The notes beneath the pieces are model-generated. The model was not told the origin of the DNA and did no database searches. It was given only the letters and a program-made list of their open reading frames with translations. Shown piece after piece: positions 46,544 to 56,700 of a stretch of 64,000 nucleotides of DNA. Position numbers and translations under genes: made by a program. Within the stretch, counting starts at the first letter, position 1, and every line of letters begins with the position of its first letter. Origin of the DNA: Terriglobia bacterium (GTDB lineage Bacteria; Acidobacteriota; Terriglobia; UBA7540); assembly GCA_036521995.1 (NCBI GenBank), contig DATDGR010000233.1, forward strand, positions 2,342 through 66,341, in the 5' to 3' direction.

Positions 46544-49042
46544 ATGACAACGTTACTTAGCGATCTGCGTTACGGTTTGCGAACCCTTGCCACGAATCCC
46601 GGCTTCGCGGTTGCCGCCATCCTGTCGCTCGCCTTGGGGGTCGGCGCCAACACGGCCATCTTCCAATTGCTGGATGCGGTGCGGATGCGCACACTTCCGG
46701 TGAGCCACCCTGAGCAACTGGCCGAGCTGCGCCTGACGGACACCACCTGGCTGCGGGGAAGCCAGCAAAGCTGGAACCCGATACTCACCAACCCCATCTG
46801 GGAGCGGATTCGCGATCGTCCGCCCGAGGCTTTTGCCGGCATGTTCGCCTGGGCGGAGGACGATTTCAACATCGCTCCGAGCGGCGAGGTGCGTCACGCC
46901 CAGGGTTTGTGGGTCAGCGGAGAATTCTTCCACGTGTTGGGCGTTCAGCCCCGGCTCGGCCGCCTCTTTGCGGCGGCGGATGACCACCGAGGCTGCGGGC
47001 TGCCGGGAGCGGTGGTGAGCTATGCTTTTTGGCAGCGCGAGCTCGGCGGCGACCTTGCGGCCATCGGCAGGAAGATTACCCTGGACTACCAACCCGTCGA
47101 GATCATCGGTGTCACGTCCGCCGGCTTCTCCGGCCTGGACGTCGGACAGTCGTTCGATGTGGCGCTTCCGCTCTGTTCGCAGGCGACGCTGGAGGACTAC
47201 AGTTTTCTCGACAGCGGCACGATCTGGTGGCTTTCAATCATGGGCCGCCTCAACCCAGGCTGGACTCTGGGACGAACGACCGCAGAATTGGGCTCGATGT
47301 CGCCTGGCATCTTCGAGGCGACGCTGCCGAAGGAATATCCGCGCGAGAATATCAAGGACTACCTTCGTCTCAAACTGGCGGCGTACCCTGCCGGAACAGG
47401 CATTTCCTGGTTGCGTGAGCAGTACCAGGACCCGCTTTGGCTGCTGCTCGCCACCGCCGGGCTGGTTCTCTTGATAGCCTGCGCCAACCTGGCGAACCTC
47501 ATGCTGGCGCGGGCCAGCGCGCGCGAACGTGAGATGGCCGTCCGGCTGGCTTTGGGGGCGTCGCGCGGCCGCCTGATCCGTCAATTGATGGCGGAAAGCC
47601 TGTTGCTGGCAGCCATCGGTGCGGCCCTGGGTCTCGTCCTGTCCGGGGCGTTGAGCCGGTTCATGGTAGCCTTCCTGACCACCCAAGGGACCACTTTGTC
47701 TCTGGACCTGCACCCCGATTGGCGTGTGATCGGCTTCACCGGGGGAGTTGCGATTCTGGCTTGTCTGTTGTTCGGGCTTACCCCCGCGTTGCGAGCGACC
47801 CGCATTGCTCCCGGGGCGGCCATGAAGGCCAGCGGTCGAGGAGTCACCACCACGCGCCAGCACTTCAGCCTGCGGCGGACGCTGGTGGCCACCCAGGTCG
47901 CCCTCTCGCTGGTCCTGCTGGTCGGCGCTCTGCTCTTTTCGCGCAGTCTGCACAACCTGATGACCGTGAAGACGGGCTTCCAGCAGGACGGTATATTGAT
48001 CAGCTACGCCGATATGACGCGCCTCAAGCTACCGTACGAGCGCCACGCGGCGTTCCAACAGGAATTGCTGGAACGTCTGCGCGCTATTCCTGGAGTGGAC
48101 GCGGCGGCGCAAGTGCGGTTTCTGCCGCTCGGCGGGAACGCGACCGAGAATCGGATCTGGAAAAGCGGCTCGGATCCCAGACAGAGCGTCAACGCGTATT
48201 TCAACTGGGTCAGCGACGATTATTTCAAGACGCTACAGACCCCGTTCTTGGCGGGGCGGGATTTTGATACCCGCGACACCGCGACCACTCCGCCGGTGGC
48301 GATTGTGAACCAGGCCTTCGCCCGTGCGCTGGGCTCGGGATCGAATCCGGTGGGCAGTAGGTTTCGAAGAGAGGCCACGCCTTCCGATCCTGCGGAGATG
48401 GACTTCGAGATCATCGGCCTGGTGGCGGATACGAAATACCGGAACATCCGGCAGGATTTTGTCCCTATCGCTTTCCTCTCCGCCTCCCAGGACGCGCGGT
48501 GGAATTGGAGTAACCAGATCCTTATCCGTTCGAACGTACCCATAGGGGATCTCACGTCCAGAGTCCGAGAGGCGATAGCCGGGCTCAATCCGGAAATCGG
48601 CACCGAGTTTGAAGTCTTCAAGACCACCATCCGCGACGGGCTGCTGCGGGACCGCCTGATGGCCACCGTATCCGGTTTTTTCGGTCTCCTGGCAGCGCTC
48701 CTGGCAGTGGTCGGCCTTTATGGCGTGATGTCGTACATGGTGGTACGGCGGACCAACGAGATCGGAATCCGCATGACCCTGGGGGCGGGCCGCAGCGAGA
48801 TCGTCGCCATGGTGATGCGCGAGGCCGGAGCCCTGCTCAGCGTCGGTCTCGGTGTCGGCTTGCTGCTGTCGCTGGCCGGAGCCAAGGCAGCGCGCGCCTT
48901 ACTTTTCGGTCTGCAGCCCTATGATCCGCTGACGCTCGCCTTGGCAGCGGCCTTACTGGCGGCGGTCGCCCTGGCGGCAAGCTTCCTGCCCGCCAAACGT
49001 GCGGCCAGGCTCGATCCCATGGCGGCGCTGAGGTACGAGTAG
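46544..49042 (+). CDS. ADOP-family duplicated FtsX/MacB-like ABC permease
   Basis: N-terminus [36 protein letters not shown], two FtsX modules, and the C-terminal DPMAALRYE. Confidence 0.9.
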   Translation: MTTLLSDLRYGLRTLATNPGFAVAAILSLALGVGANTAIFQLLDAVRMRTLPVSHPEQLAELRLTDTTWLRGSQQSWNPILTNPIWERIRDRPPEAFAGMFAWAEDDFNIAPSGEVRHAQGLWVSGEFFHVLGVQPRLGRLFAAADDHRGCGLPGAVVSYAFWQRELGGDLAAIGRKITLDYQPVEIIGVTSAGFSGLDVGQSFDVALPLCSQATLEDYSFLDSGTIWWLSIMGRLNPGWTLGRTTAELGSMSPGIFEATLPKEYPRENIKDYLRLKLAAYPAGTGISWLREQYQDPLWLLLATAGLVLLIACANLANLMLARASAREREMAVRLALGASRGRLIRQLMAESLLLAAIGAALGLVLSGALSRFMVAFLTTQGTTLSLDLHPDWRVIGFTGGVAILACLLFGLTPALRATRIAPGAAMKASGRGVTTTRQHFSLRRTLVATQVALSLVLLVGALLFSRSLHNLMTVKTGFQQDGILISYADMTRLKLPYERHAAFQQELLERLRAIPGVDAAAQVRFLPLGGNATENRIWKSGSDPRQSVNAYFNWVSDDYFKTLQTPFLAGRDFDTRDTATTPPVAIVNQAFARALGSGSNPVGSRFRREATPSDPAEMDFEIIGLVADTKYRNIRQDFVPIAFLSASQDARWNWSNQILIRSNVPIGDLTSRVREAIAGLNPEIGTEFEVFKTTIRDGLLRDRLMATVSGFFGLLAALLAVVGLYGVMSYMVVRRTNEIGIRMTLGAGRSEIVAMVMREAGALLSVGLGVGLLLSLAGAKAARALLFGLQPYDPLTLALAAALLAAVALAASFLPAKRAARLDPMAALRYE

Positions 49043-49104
49043 CAGGGTTTAGTGGCTAGTGGTGGTGGTTAGGGGTTAATGACCACTTCACGTGAGGTCG
49101 AGCA

Positions 49105-51602
49105 ATGAACAGGATGCTGCAGGATTTGCGCTACGGCCTTCGCACCCTCGTGAGCAATCCGGGCTTCACGGCTGTGGCCGTCCTCACGCTCGGGCTCGGC
49201 ATCGGGGCCAACACGGCTATCTTCAGCGCCGTGAATGCCGTCTTGCTGCACCCCTTGCCCTACCGGGACTCACAGCGGCTCGTCCGGGTGTGGGCCACCA
49301 ATGTGAAGAACGGGTTTGCCCACGACGTGGCCTCTTATCCCGACTTCACCGACTGGGCCGCTCAGAGCCACAACTTTCAGCAAATGGCGGCGTACTGCGG
49401 CCGCTCCTATAATCTGTCCGGTGGCGATCACCCTGAGCGGATCCGCGGTTTGCAGGCGTCCGCCGGCCTTCTGACGATGCTCGGCATCAGGCCGGCGCTG
49501 GGGCGCGACTTCTCGCCCGAGGAGCAACAACCCGGTCGAAATCATGTGGTGTTGCTCGGCGACAGCCTGTGGCGAAGCCACTTCAATGCGGACCCCAAGG
49601 TGCTGGGCGCGACCGTAAAGCTGAACCACGAAAACTACACGGTGATCGGGGTGCTGCCTCCTTATCCGGAGTTTCCGCCCGACGACGCGCGTGGGTTGGT
49701 GGTGCCCCTCGCACCCGATCCAAGCCGGGGTCACGGGTTTCTGTACGTTTTCGGCCGGCTCAAGCCCGGCGCCACTCTGGCTGAGGCCCAAGCCGAGATG
49801 AGCACCATTGCCCGCCTGCTGCAGCAGCAATATCCCAAGGAGGACCGGGAGGTGGGAATCGAGCTGCAGACCCTCCAAGCGTCCTACGTGAGTGAGTTCC
49901 GGCCCGCTCTTCTAATTCTGCTCGGCGCCGTGGGTTTCGTGCTGCTGATCGCCTGTGCCAATGTGGCGAACTTGTTTCTGGGACGAGCCGCGAGCCGGCA
50001 AAGGGAGCTTGCTATACGCGCATCGCTCGGCGCCGGCAGGCGGCGTCTGATCGGCAATTGCTGACGGAGAGCTTGCTCGTAGGTGCGATGGGGGGAACCC
50101 TAGGCTTGCTCCTGGCGGTCTGGGGCTTGGCGGGCCTGGTCGCGCTGCTTTCGCATGACTTGTCGATACCTCGCGCCGCAGACATCGGCATCGACCGCTG
50201 GATGCTCACCTTCGCTCTGGCGATTTCGCTGGTCACGGGCCTCGTCTCCGGCCTGGCGCCGGCCCTTGGTGCTTCGAAGGTGGATCTGAACGAATCGCTC
50301 AAGGAGGGCAGCCGCGGCCTGACGGGGAGTCGCGGCCATAACCGGTTCCGGAGCGCCCTGGTCGTAGTTGAGGTCGCCCTGGCGTTAGTGCTCCTCTCAG
50401 GCGCGGGTCTGATGATCAAGAGCTTCTTGCTCCTGACCCAGGTGAATTCCGGCCTGCAGCCGGAGAATGTCCTGACGGTCGACTTTTCCTTGCAGAGCTC
50501 GAGATACTCGCACACCGCCACCCGAGCCGCCTCGTTCCAACAGATCCTCCACCGCGTCCAGGAACTGCCCGGCGTCGACTCCGCGGCGGTGGTGGCTGAC
50601 ATTCCTCTCACGCATAACGAGGATGGTCTTGAATTCAGCATCGAAGGGCTTCCGGACCCGCCCAATCAAAGGCGCGAAGCCCGGTTCAACATCGCCGGCC
50701 CCAAATATTTCCGCACGTTGGGCATTCCTTTGCTGGAGGGCCGCGACTTCAGCGAGCGCGACGCCGGCGGCGCGCCCCCGGTGGTGCTCATCAATGAGGC
50801 GATGGCGCGCCGCTTCTGGCCCAACGCGAATCCAATCGGCCAGAGAATCTCAACCGATGCGCCGGCGGCGCCCGAGCCTCTCGGCGAGCACGATCACGCT
50901 CGCGGCGCTGACCAAGCGAACCAGGGGACTTGGTTTTCGGTCATCGGGATTGCAGGCGATGTCCGGCAAATGGGTCTGCGCTCGGAGACACAGCCCGAGG
51001 TCTATGTTTCCTACCTTCAGGATCCCTACCAATGGCCTTTCCTGAGCATGCTGGTGCGGACCACATCCGACCCCCTGAGGTTGTTTCCCGCGGTTGAGCA
51101 GGCGGTCTGGAGTGTGGACAAAGACCAGCCGGTTTCCAACCCGATGACCATGGATCGGATTCGGTCCGACTCGATCGCCCAGCCGCGCGTGACGGCACTG
51201 CTGCTCAGTCTGTTCGCGGCCCTGGCCCTCTTGTTGGCGTCGGTGGGACTCTATGGCGTAGTGGCCCGCTCGGTGACGGAGCGAACTCACGAGATCGGCG
51301 TGCGCGTGGCGCTCGGCGCGAGACCCCTCGAGGTGTTTCGGCAGGTGGTGGGACGCGGGATGATCCTGGCGCTCGCCGGCACGGCTATCGGTCTCGCAGG
51401 CGCTTTCGGCACCACCCGCGTGATGACCAGTCTGCTCTATGACGTTCGCCCCACGGACTGGGTCACCTTCACCGCGGTTTCGCTCCTGCTGATGGCCGTC
51501 ACGCTCCTGGCCAGCTACGTCCCGGCTCGCCACGCGACCAAGATTGATCCCATGGTCGCTCCGCTACGAATAAGACCTTTCAGCCGCCACGGCGCCAGGT
51601 GA
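49105..51602 (+). pseudogene. second ADOP-family duplicated permease with two 1-nt frame breaks (possibly assembly errors)
   Basis: ORFs 49105..50064 and 50058..51602 are collinear with the upstream paralog. LGAGRRRLI|GNC* should read [18 protein letters not shown] (one C missing near 50052/50053). The conserved terminal RYE-stop sits in another frame at 51562..51573. Confidence 0.8.
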
Positions 51603-51812
51603 TGTGCTGACGGCTAAAGGCCGATAGCTGACACCTTCTTCAGTCACGCGACCGCTTTTTCCGCGTCTAAGATGCATGCGAGCGAGGATTGCATCCGTAC
51701 GCGCCGGTTCGTCGAGCGGCACGCTTGGTGGCTCACGGCGAATTCGCGGCGCAAAAGCGGTATATTGGAGAGAGAGCAGTGCGGGCAATTTCGTTGAGTG
51801 GCAGAAGGGGAA

Positions 51813-52988
51813 ATGATGGCTACCTCCCGAAACTTGAGTCACGGAATTGAGCCGCCCCGTTGGCGCGGAGTCCTCCTTTGGACTGCCCTTGGCGGCCTGG
51901 CGTTGTCCCTGTTCGCGCTCACGAGTTGTTCGAGCGGCGGCGCGCAGGGTGATCCCGCCCAGGCGATGAAAATGATGATGATGCAGGCCGTGCCGGTGAC
52001 GCTGGCACAGGCTCGACTGAAGACGGTCCCAGTGCAGATTCAAGTGGTCGGCAACGGGGAGGCGTACAACACCGTCAACGTCAAGGCGCAAGTGGACGGC
52101 TTGCTGGAGCGAGCCTATTTTCAGCAGGGCCAGGACGTGCGCGAGGGCGATCTGCTCTTCACCATCGACGCCCGGCCGTTCCAGGCCGCCCTCGATCAGG
52201 CCGAGGCGAACCTGGCCCGCGACCAGGTCCAACTCAAGAACGCACAGGACCAGTACGAGCGCAACGCGGCTCTGTTCAAGGAAGGCATCGTGTCGAAGGA
52301 CCAATACCAGACCTTCCGCACCACGGCTGCGGCCGGTGACGCCACGGTGAAGGCCGACGAGGCGGCTATCGAGAACGCCCGGATTCAGCTTGGATACTGC
52401 ACCATCCGCTCGCCCATCAGCGGCCGCACCGGCAGCCTGCTGGTCCAGGTGGGCAACCTGGTAAAGAACAACGACGCGGCTTTGGTTACGATCAACCAGA
52501 TCACGCCCCTCTACGTCGATTTCTCCGTCCCAGAGCAGTATTTTGCCGAGATCAAGCGGCACCAGGCCGCCGGTCCGCTGAAGGTGGAAGCGATGGTGCC
52601 GCAGGATCAGAGCCACCCCGAATGGGGACAGCTTTCTTTCATCAACAACATGGTGGACACCACGACAGGCACCGTGCTGATGAAGGGCGCCTTCCCCAAT
52701 CCGGCCCGACGGCTCTGGCCCGGCCAGTTTGTCAACGTGGTTGTGACTCTCGATTCGCTGCGGGACGCCGTGGTGGTCCCTAGCCAGGCCGTTCAAACGG
52801 GGCAGCAGGGCAAGTACATCTTCGTGGTGAAAGAAGACAAATCGGTGGAGATACGCCCCGTGACGCCCGGCGTGAGCGACGGCCCTGATACGGTGATCGA
52901 GAAAGGCATCGCCGCGGGCGAGACGGTGGTAACCGACGGCCAGTTGCGGCTGTTCCCCGGAGCCCATGTAGAAGCCAAAAGCCTCTGA
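51813..52988 (+). CDS. efflux RND-type periplasmic adaptor subunit (membrane fusion protein, lipoprotein)
   Basis: Lipobox-like ALTSCSS, lipoyl/hairpin/beta-barrel order, and YCTIRSPISGRTG. It is AcrA/MexA-like. Confidence 0.85.
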   Translation: MMATSRNLSHGIEPPRWRGVLLWTALGGLALSLFALTSCSSGGAQGDPAQAMKMMMMQAVPVTLAQARLKTVPVQIQVVGNGEAYNTVNVKAQVDGLLERAYFQQGQDVREGDLLFTIDARPFQAALDQAEANLARDQVQLKNAQDQYERNAALFKEGIVSKDQYQTFRTTAAAGDATVKADEAAIENARIQLGYCTIRSPISGRTGSLLVQVGNLVKNNDAALVTINQITPLYVDFSVPEQYFAEIKRHQAAGPLKVEAMVPQDQSHPEWGQLSFINNMVDTTTGTVLMKGAFPNPARRLWPGQFVNVVVTLDSLRDAVVVPSQAVQTGQQGKYIFVVKEDKSVEIRPVTPGVSDGPDTVIEKGIAAGETVVTDGQLRLFPGAHVEAKSL

Positions 52989-53130
52989 ACTACAGTGTGA
53001 TGACAACCAGAGCGACAGTGCGCTGAGAGGTTTTCCGCAACCTCAATTACTCTGCCCACTCTGCCTTCGCTGGGATAATCATATTATTATCAATAATCTG
53101 CGCCGGTTTGGCTGACTGGCGCCTTTCTCG

Positions 53131-53437
53131 GGTTCATTTTGGGTTCGTTTCGGGTTCGTTTAGGTTCGTCCTGGTTCAAGTTCACAAGCCTCTGCTGATT
53201 CTGAAGGAGTTGCCGAATTAGACCGCATCAAATCTTAGGTTCGTTTAGGTTCGTTTTGCTTTCGTCTCTCGGGGTCGTTCTTGATCCTTAAACGTTCTGA
53301 AATCGGTCGCTTACCGGTTTGGGTTAGTTTAAAAACAATCTTGGCTGTTTTTCGCCATGTTTCCTGCTAAGCTTAATGTCTAAAAACAGTTACATGTTTG
53401 GGATCTAAAGGCATACATCATATCCCCCCGGGGGGGG
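53131..53437 (-). repeat. composite intergenic element, copy 2: phased GGTTCGTTT units, TCAGAATCA box, C6G8 tract
   Basis: Perfect GGTTCGTTT at 53142, 53153, 53238 and 53248. Near copies at 53131, 53163, 53173, 53271 and 53322. GATTCTGAA at 53197. C6G8 at 53424..53437. Confidence 0.85.
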
Positions 53438-53535
53438 CCTTGACCTTCCAGACTGGGTGTCGCCGGCGCCCCTGTTCCTGCGGGGGTGGCCACCAGCCCT
53501 TCCGGCGTGACAGCAGGACTCTTCACGAGAGACAT
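53380..53535 (-). CDS. candidate 51-codon ORF (MSLVKSPAVTPEGLVATPAGTGAPATPSLEGQGPPRGDMMYAFRSQTCNCF)
   Basis: Good SD (GGGGAGGTTGGTA-ATG) and a promoter 80 nt upstream. Third-position G/C is only moderate (29 of 51 by my count), and the C8/G6 tract lies inside it. Confidence 0.2.
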   Translation of the reverse strand: MSLVKSPAVTPEGLVATPAGTGAPATPSLEGQGPPRGDMMYAFRSQTCNCF

Positions 53536-53614
53536 TACCAACCTCCCCGGCTTCCCGGGCTCACAAGAACCCATCGCGGACCTGGCCGCGAGCGCGATTA
53601 CTCAACTCGCATCT

Positions 53615-53642
53615 GCCATATCATAATTTTTGGGCTTGTCAA
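53615..53642 (-). promoter_or_regulatory. candidate sigma70-type promoter TTGACA-16-TATGGC reading into repeat copy 2
   Basis: On the minus strand, TTGACA (53642..53637), a 16-nt spacer, then TATGGC (53620..53615), followed by aGATG-N5-TGAGTAATC as at 45781..45799. Confidence 0.45.
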
Positions 53643-53668
53643 GCTGAATGCTGGGGCCCGAATTCCGC

Positions 53669-53706
53669 AAAAAAAAGGCGGGCGCTCGCCGAAGCGAACA
53701 CCCGCC
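53669..53706 (-). terminator. intrinsic terminator of the TonB-dependent receptor gene
   Basis: Minus strand: GGCGGGTG-ttcgcttcggcgag-CGCCCGCC followed by T8 (A8 at 53669..53676 on the + strand), about 35 nt after the stop. Confidence 0.7.
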
Positions 53707-53739
53707 ACGGAGGGATTGGCTCGATGAGTGGAGCTGCTC

Positions 53740-56700
53740 CTAGAAGTAAACCTTCAGCGCAAACTGAATGATGCGCGCGCCCGTAGGGTTGAACGCGTTG
53801 GCTTGCTGCACGCTCGTGGTATCTGCGAAGGCCGCGTTATTAGCCTCGCAGCAAGTTCCATTGATACCGCCGAAGTCGTGAATATTGAAGGCGTTGAAGA
53901 ATTCCGCCCGGAACTGCACGGACCGCTTGCCTTCACTAAATGGGAAGTTCTTGAACAGGCCTAGGTCGACGTTGTTGAAGTGGGGGCCGACCTGAGCGTA
54001 GCGCCCTAAAGTTCCAAACTGATACCCGCCGGAAGGAAGGACGCAAGAGCCACCGGAGCAATTCTCCGGGAGCGAATAGGCATTAACGTTCAGGATCCGG
54101 ATGCCGTTGTTGGGGTTGGTGGGATCATTGGTGAAAGTGGACATCGTCGTAGGACCACCCACGTAGTTGGGGCGCTGGCTGTTGCCACGCTGACCCGCGT
54201 TGGCCAAGTCGCTCGGCACACCGATATTGATCGGAAATCCGCTGTTGTAATGGTAGATTCCTGTGAACTCCCAGCCGCCGAGCAAGAGGTCCTCCGCCCG
54301 GTTGAAGTTGGATCCCCAGCGGCGGCCGTGGCCGAAGGGAAGATCTTCGAGCCACTGCGCGGTGAAAATCTGGGCGTAGTTGTTGGCGCTGTTTCCGTAG
54401 TCACAGTAGCGGCACAGGTCGTTCTCCGGCGACGTACCGCCGTAGTTGTCGCCGCTGGGCGTATCGAGCAAGTGCGACCAGGTGTAGGTCACCAGGGCCT
54501 GTGTGCCGCTGGAGAATCTCTTATCCAGCTTCACCTGGAGTCCGTTGTAATTTGATACCGCGTTGTTGGCGTTCTCGCTCAACGAAGTAAGGGTGGGGGC
54601 ATAGGGAAACGACGGCCGCGTCTTCACCGTTCCTGCGGCTATGGCTTGCGTGGTGCAGACCGTCGGGCCCGCGTCGGGGCAAATTTGGAGCGGACCCGGC
54701 GGGGGGTCATTCGCGTTAAAGAACCCGCCGAGATTCTTGGCGTTGTTACCCACGTAGTTGACTTCGAGCATGAGGTTGCGGGCCAGCTGTTGTTGAATAC
54801 CCAGATTCCACTGTCGTGTATAGGGAGTCCGGTTGTTGAGAGCTTGGACGTGCTCCTCACTGGGCGGCGTGCCCGGCTGCGGGAAGTCATAAGGGGGGAA
54901 GAACGTAGCCAGCGGCAGGGTGGGTTGCAGCGTGTTCACGCTGTTGATGCTCTGCGAGATGGCGTAGGGCCATTGGCCTCGGGCTCCTTGCCCCGCCCAG
55001 GCGTAGTCGCCGTTGTAAAAGTACCCGAAGCCCCCCCGGAGCACCGTGTTGGGGCGCAACTGATAGGCAAATCCGACACGCGGAGCCCAGTTCCGGTAGT
55101 CCGGATTCATGAGCGAGCGCGGGGCATTGGCCGGCTGGCCGGTGACAGGGTTCGGCCCGGCCCATGCCAACATATGCTGATCAACATAATAGTTGCCCAG
55201 GTGATTGTACTTATCGAAGGGCCACTGGTTGTATTCCCAACGCAGGCCCATATTCACGGTTAACTTGGTGGTGGGCTTGTAGTTATCCTGAATGTAGAGG
55301 CCTGGCGTGTTCTGGTGGAAGTAGGCCGCGGTATCGCCAACGTTGCGGAGTCCGCTGCTCGGCAGGCCCAGCAGGTAGGAAGCAACTTCATTGATGTTGC
55401 TGCCCGTCGAGGTCAGAGGATCCTGGGTGGGAACCTGATCGAAATTGAACTGCGAGGTGAACGTGCCGTCGTAATAGGCGTTGTAGTGCTCGTACTCGGC
55501 GCCCGTCTTGATCTCGTGCTTGCCCCGCTCCATGGTTATGTTCAGCAGCTCTTGCCATACATTGGTGATAAATGGGTTGCCGCTGGTGCTCGGGTTGGTG
55601 TAATAGGAGCCAAAGTTGAACGCCGGAAACAGCGGAGTGGTCGTGCTCTTGATAGGCGTTCCCTGAATGGGATAGGTCGAAAGAAACGACGCCACGCCAG
55701 GCGCGGGATCGTTGGAGAAGTTGGTGAGGTTGGCGCGATTGTAACCCGACTTGAAGTCTATAATCGTGGTAGGGCTCTTGACCCAGGTGGCGCTGGCGAC
55801 CGCGTTCACGAACTGATTGTACAGGTAATAGTAATTCACCGGCAGACCCTGGGGGCTCGGGTTTACGGCGTGCTGGTCACTCACACGAAAGTAGGAATTG
55901 ACCTTGCTGCCGAAGGAGTGATCGATGCGCCCGCTCAACTGGTACTGGTTGATCGTATTCGGATTGGAGTTGAAAGAGTTGGGCGAGCTGAGGCCGCTGG
56001 TCGAGGGGTACCAAATTCCAGCATAGGCCGCCGTGATGGGACTGACCATGCCTGAGGGAATCGTGTTTCCCGGGAACGGATCTCGCACGTTTCCTGTGGT
56101 CTGCGCCACCAAACCGGTGGTTGGATCCACCTGGCCGGCCGTCACCGAGCGAGTGGTGTAGGGATTGTAGACTTCATTCGCATCGACCGGGCGGCCGAGG
56201 GCGTCAACACACGCCGAATTCTTGTTGACGCCGCACGTCATCAACTGAGAACCCAGGTTACTCGCGAAGTTTCCGCTCAACTCCGTTGCAGTTGGGGCAG
56301 TGGCGGTATTCAGACTGTTCGAGGCGAATCTGAGGCCTTCATAGCTGAAGAACCAGAAGGTCTTGTCCTTCCCATTGTAAAGGTGTGGGAAGTAAACGGG
56401 ACCTCCCGCCACAACGCCAAATTGATTCTGCCGGTAAGCTCCCAGCGGCGCGTTGAAGAAGTTGTTGAACCACGCATTCGCGTCCAGGTCGTTGTTGCGC
56501 AAAAACTCCCAGGCAGCGCCATGAAATTGGTTCGTGCCGGACTTGGTGGCCACGGCGATGGCGGCTCCCGCCGCCCGCCCATACTCGGCCGAGGTGATGT
56601 TGGTTTCGACCTTGAACTCCTGGATGGAGTCGATGGGGGGCTGCATGGCGTACTGCCCGAAGAACTCTTCATTGTTGTAAATTCCGTCCAACTGGAACAT

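Noticed and set aside
51564-53006. 480-aa ORF on the minus strand opposite the efflux adaptor gene
   Set aside because: It is a shadow ORF. The plus-strand product has the full membrane-fusion-protein pattern and a lipoprotein signal.
53342-53356. Sigma-54-like promoter TGGCTG-N5-CGCC inside repeat copy 2
   Set aside because: The GG-to-GC spacing is one nucleotide short of the TGGCAC-N5-TTGC consensus geometry, and the -12 element is poor.
2621-53437. The two composite repeats as direct-repeat borders of a 50-kb genomic island
   Set aside because: The interval is full of core housekeeping genes (cca, coaD, prfB, lnt, aminotransferase, manA). It contains no integrase, transposase or tRNA gene.
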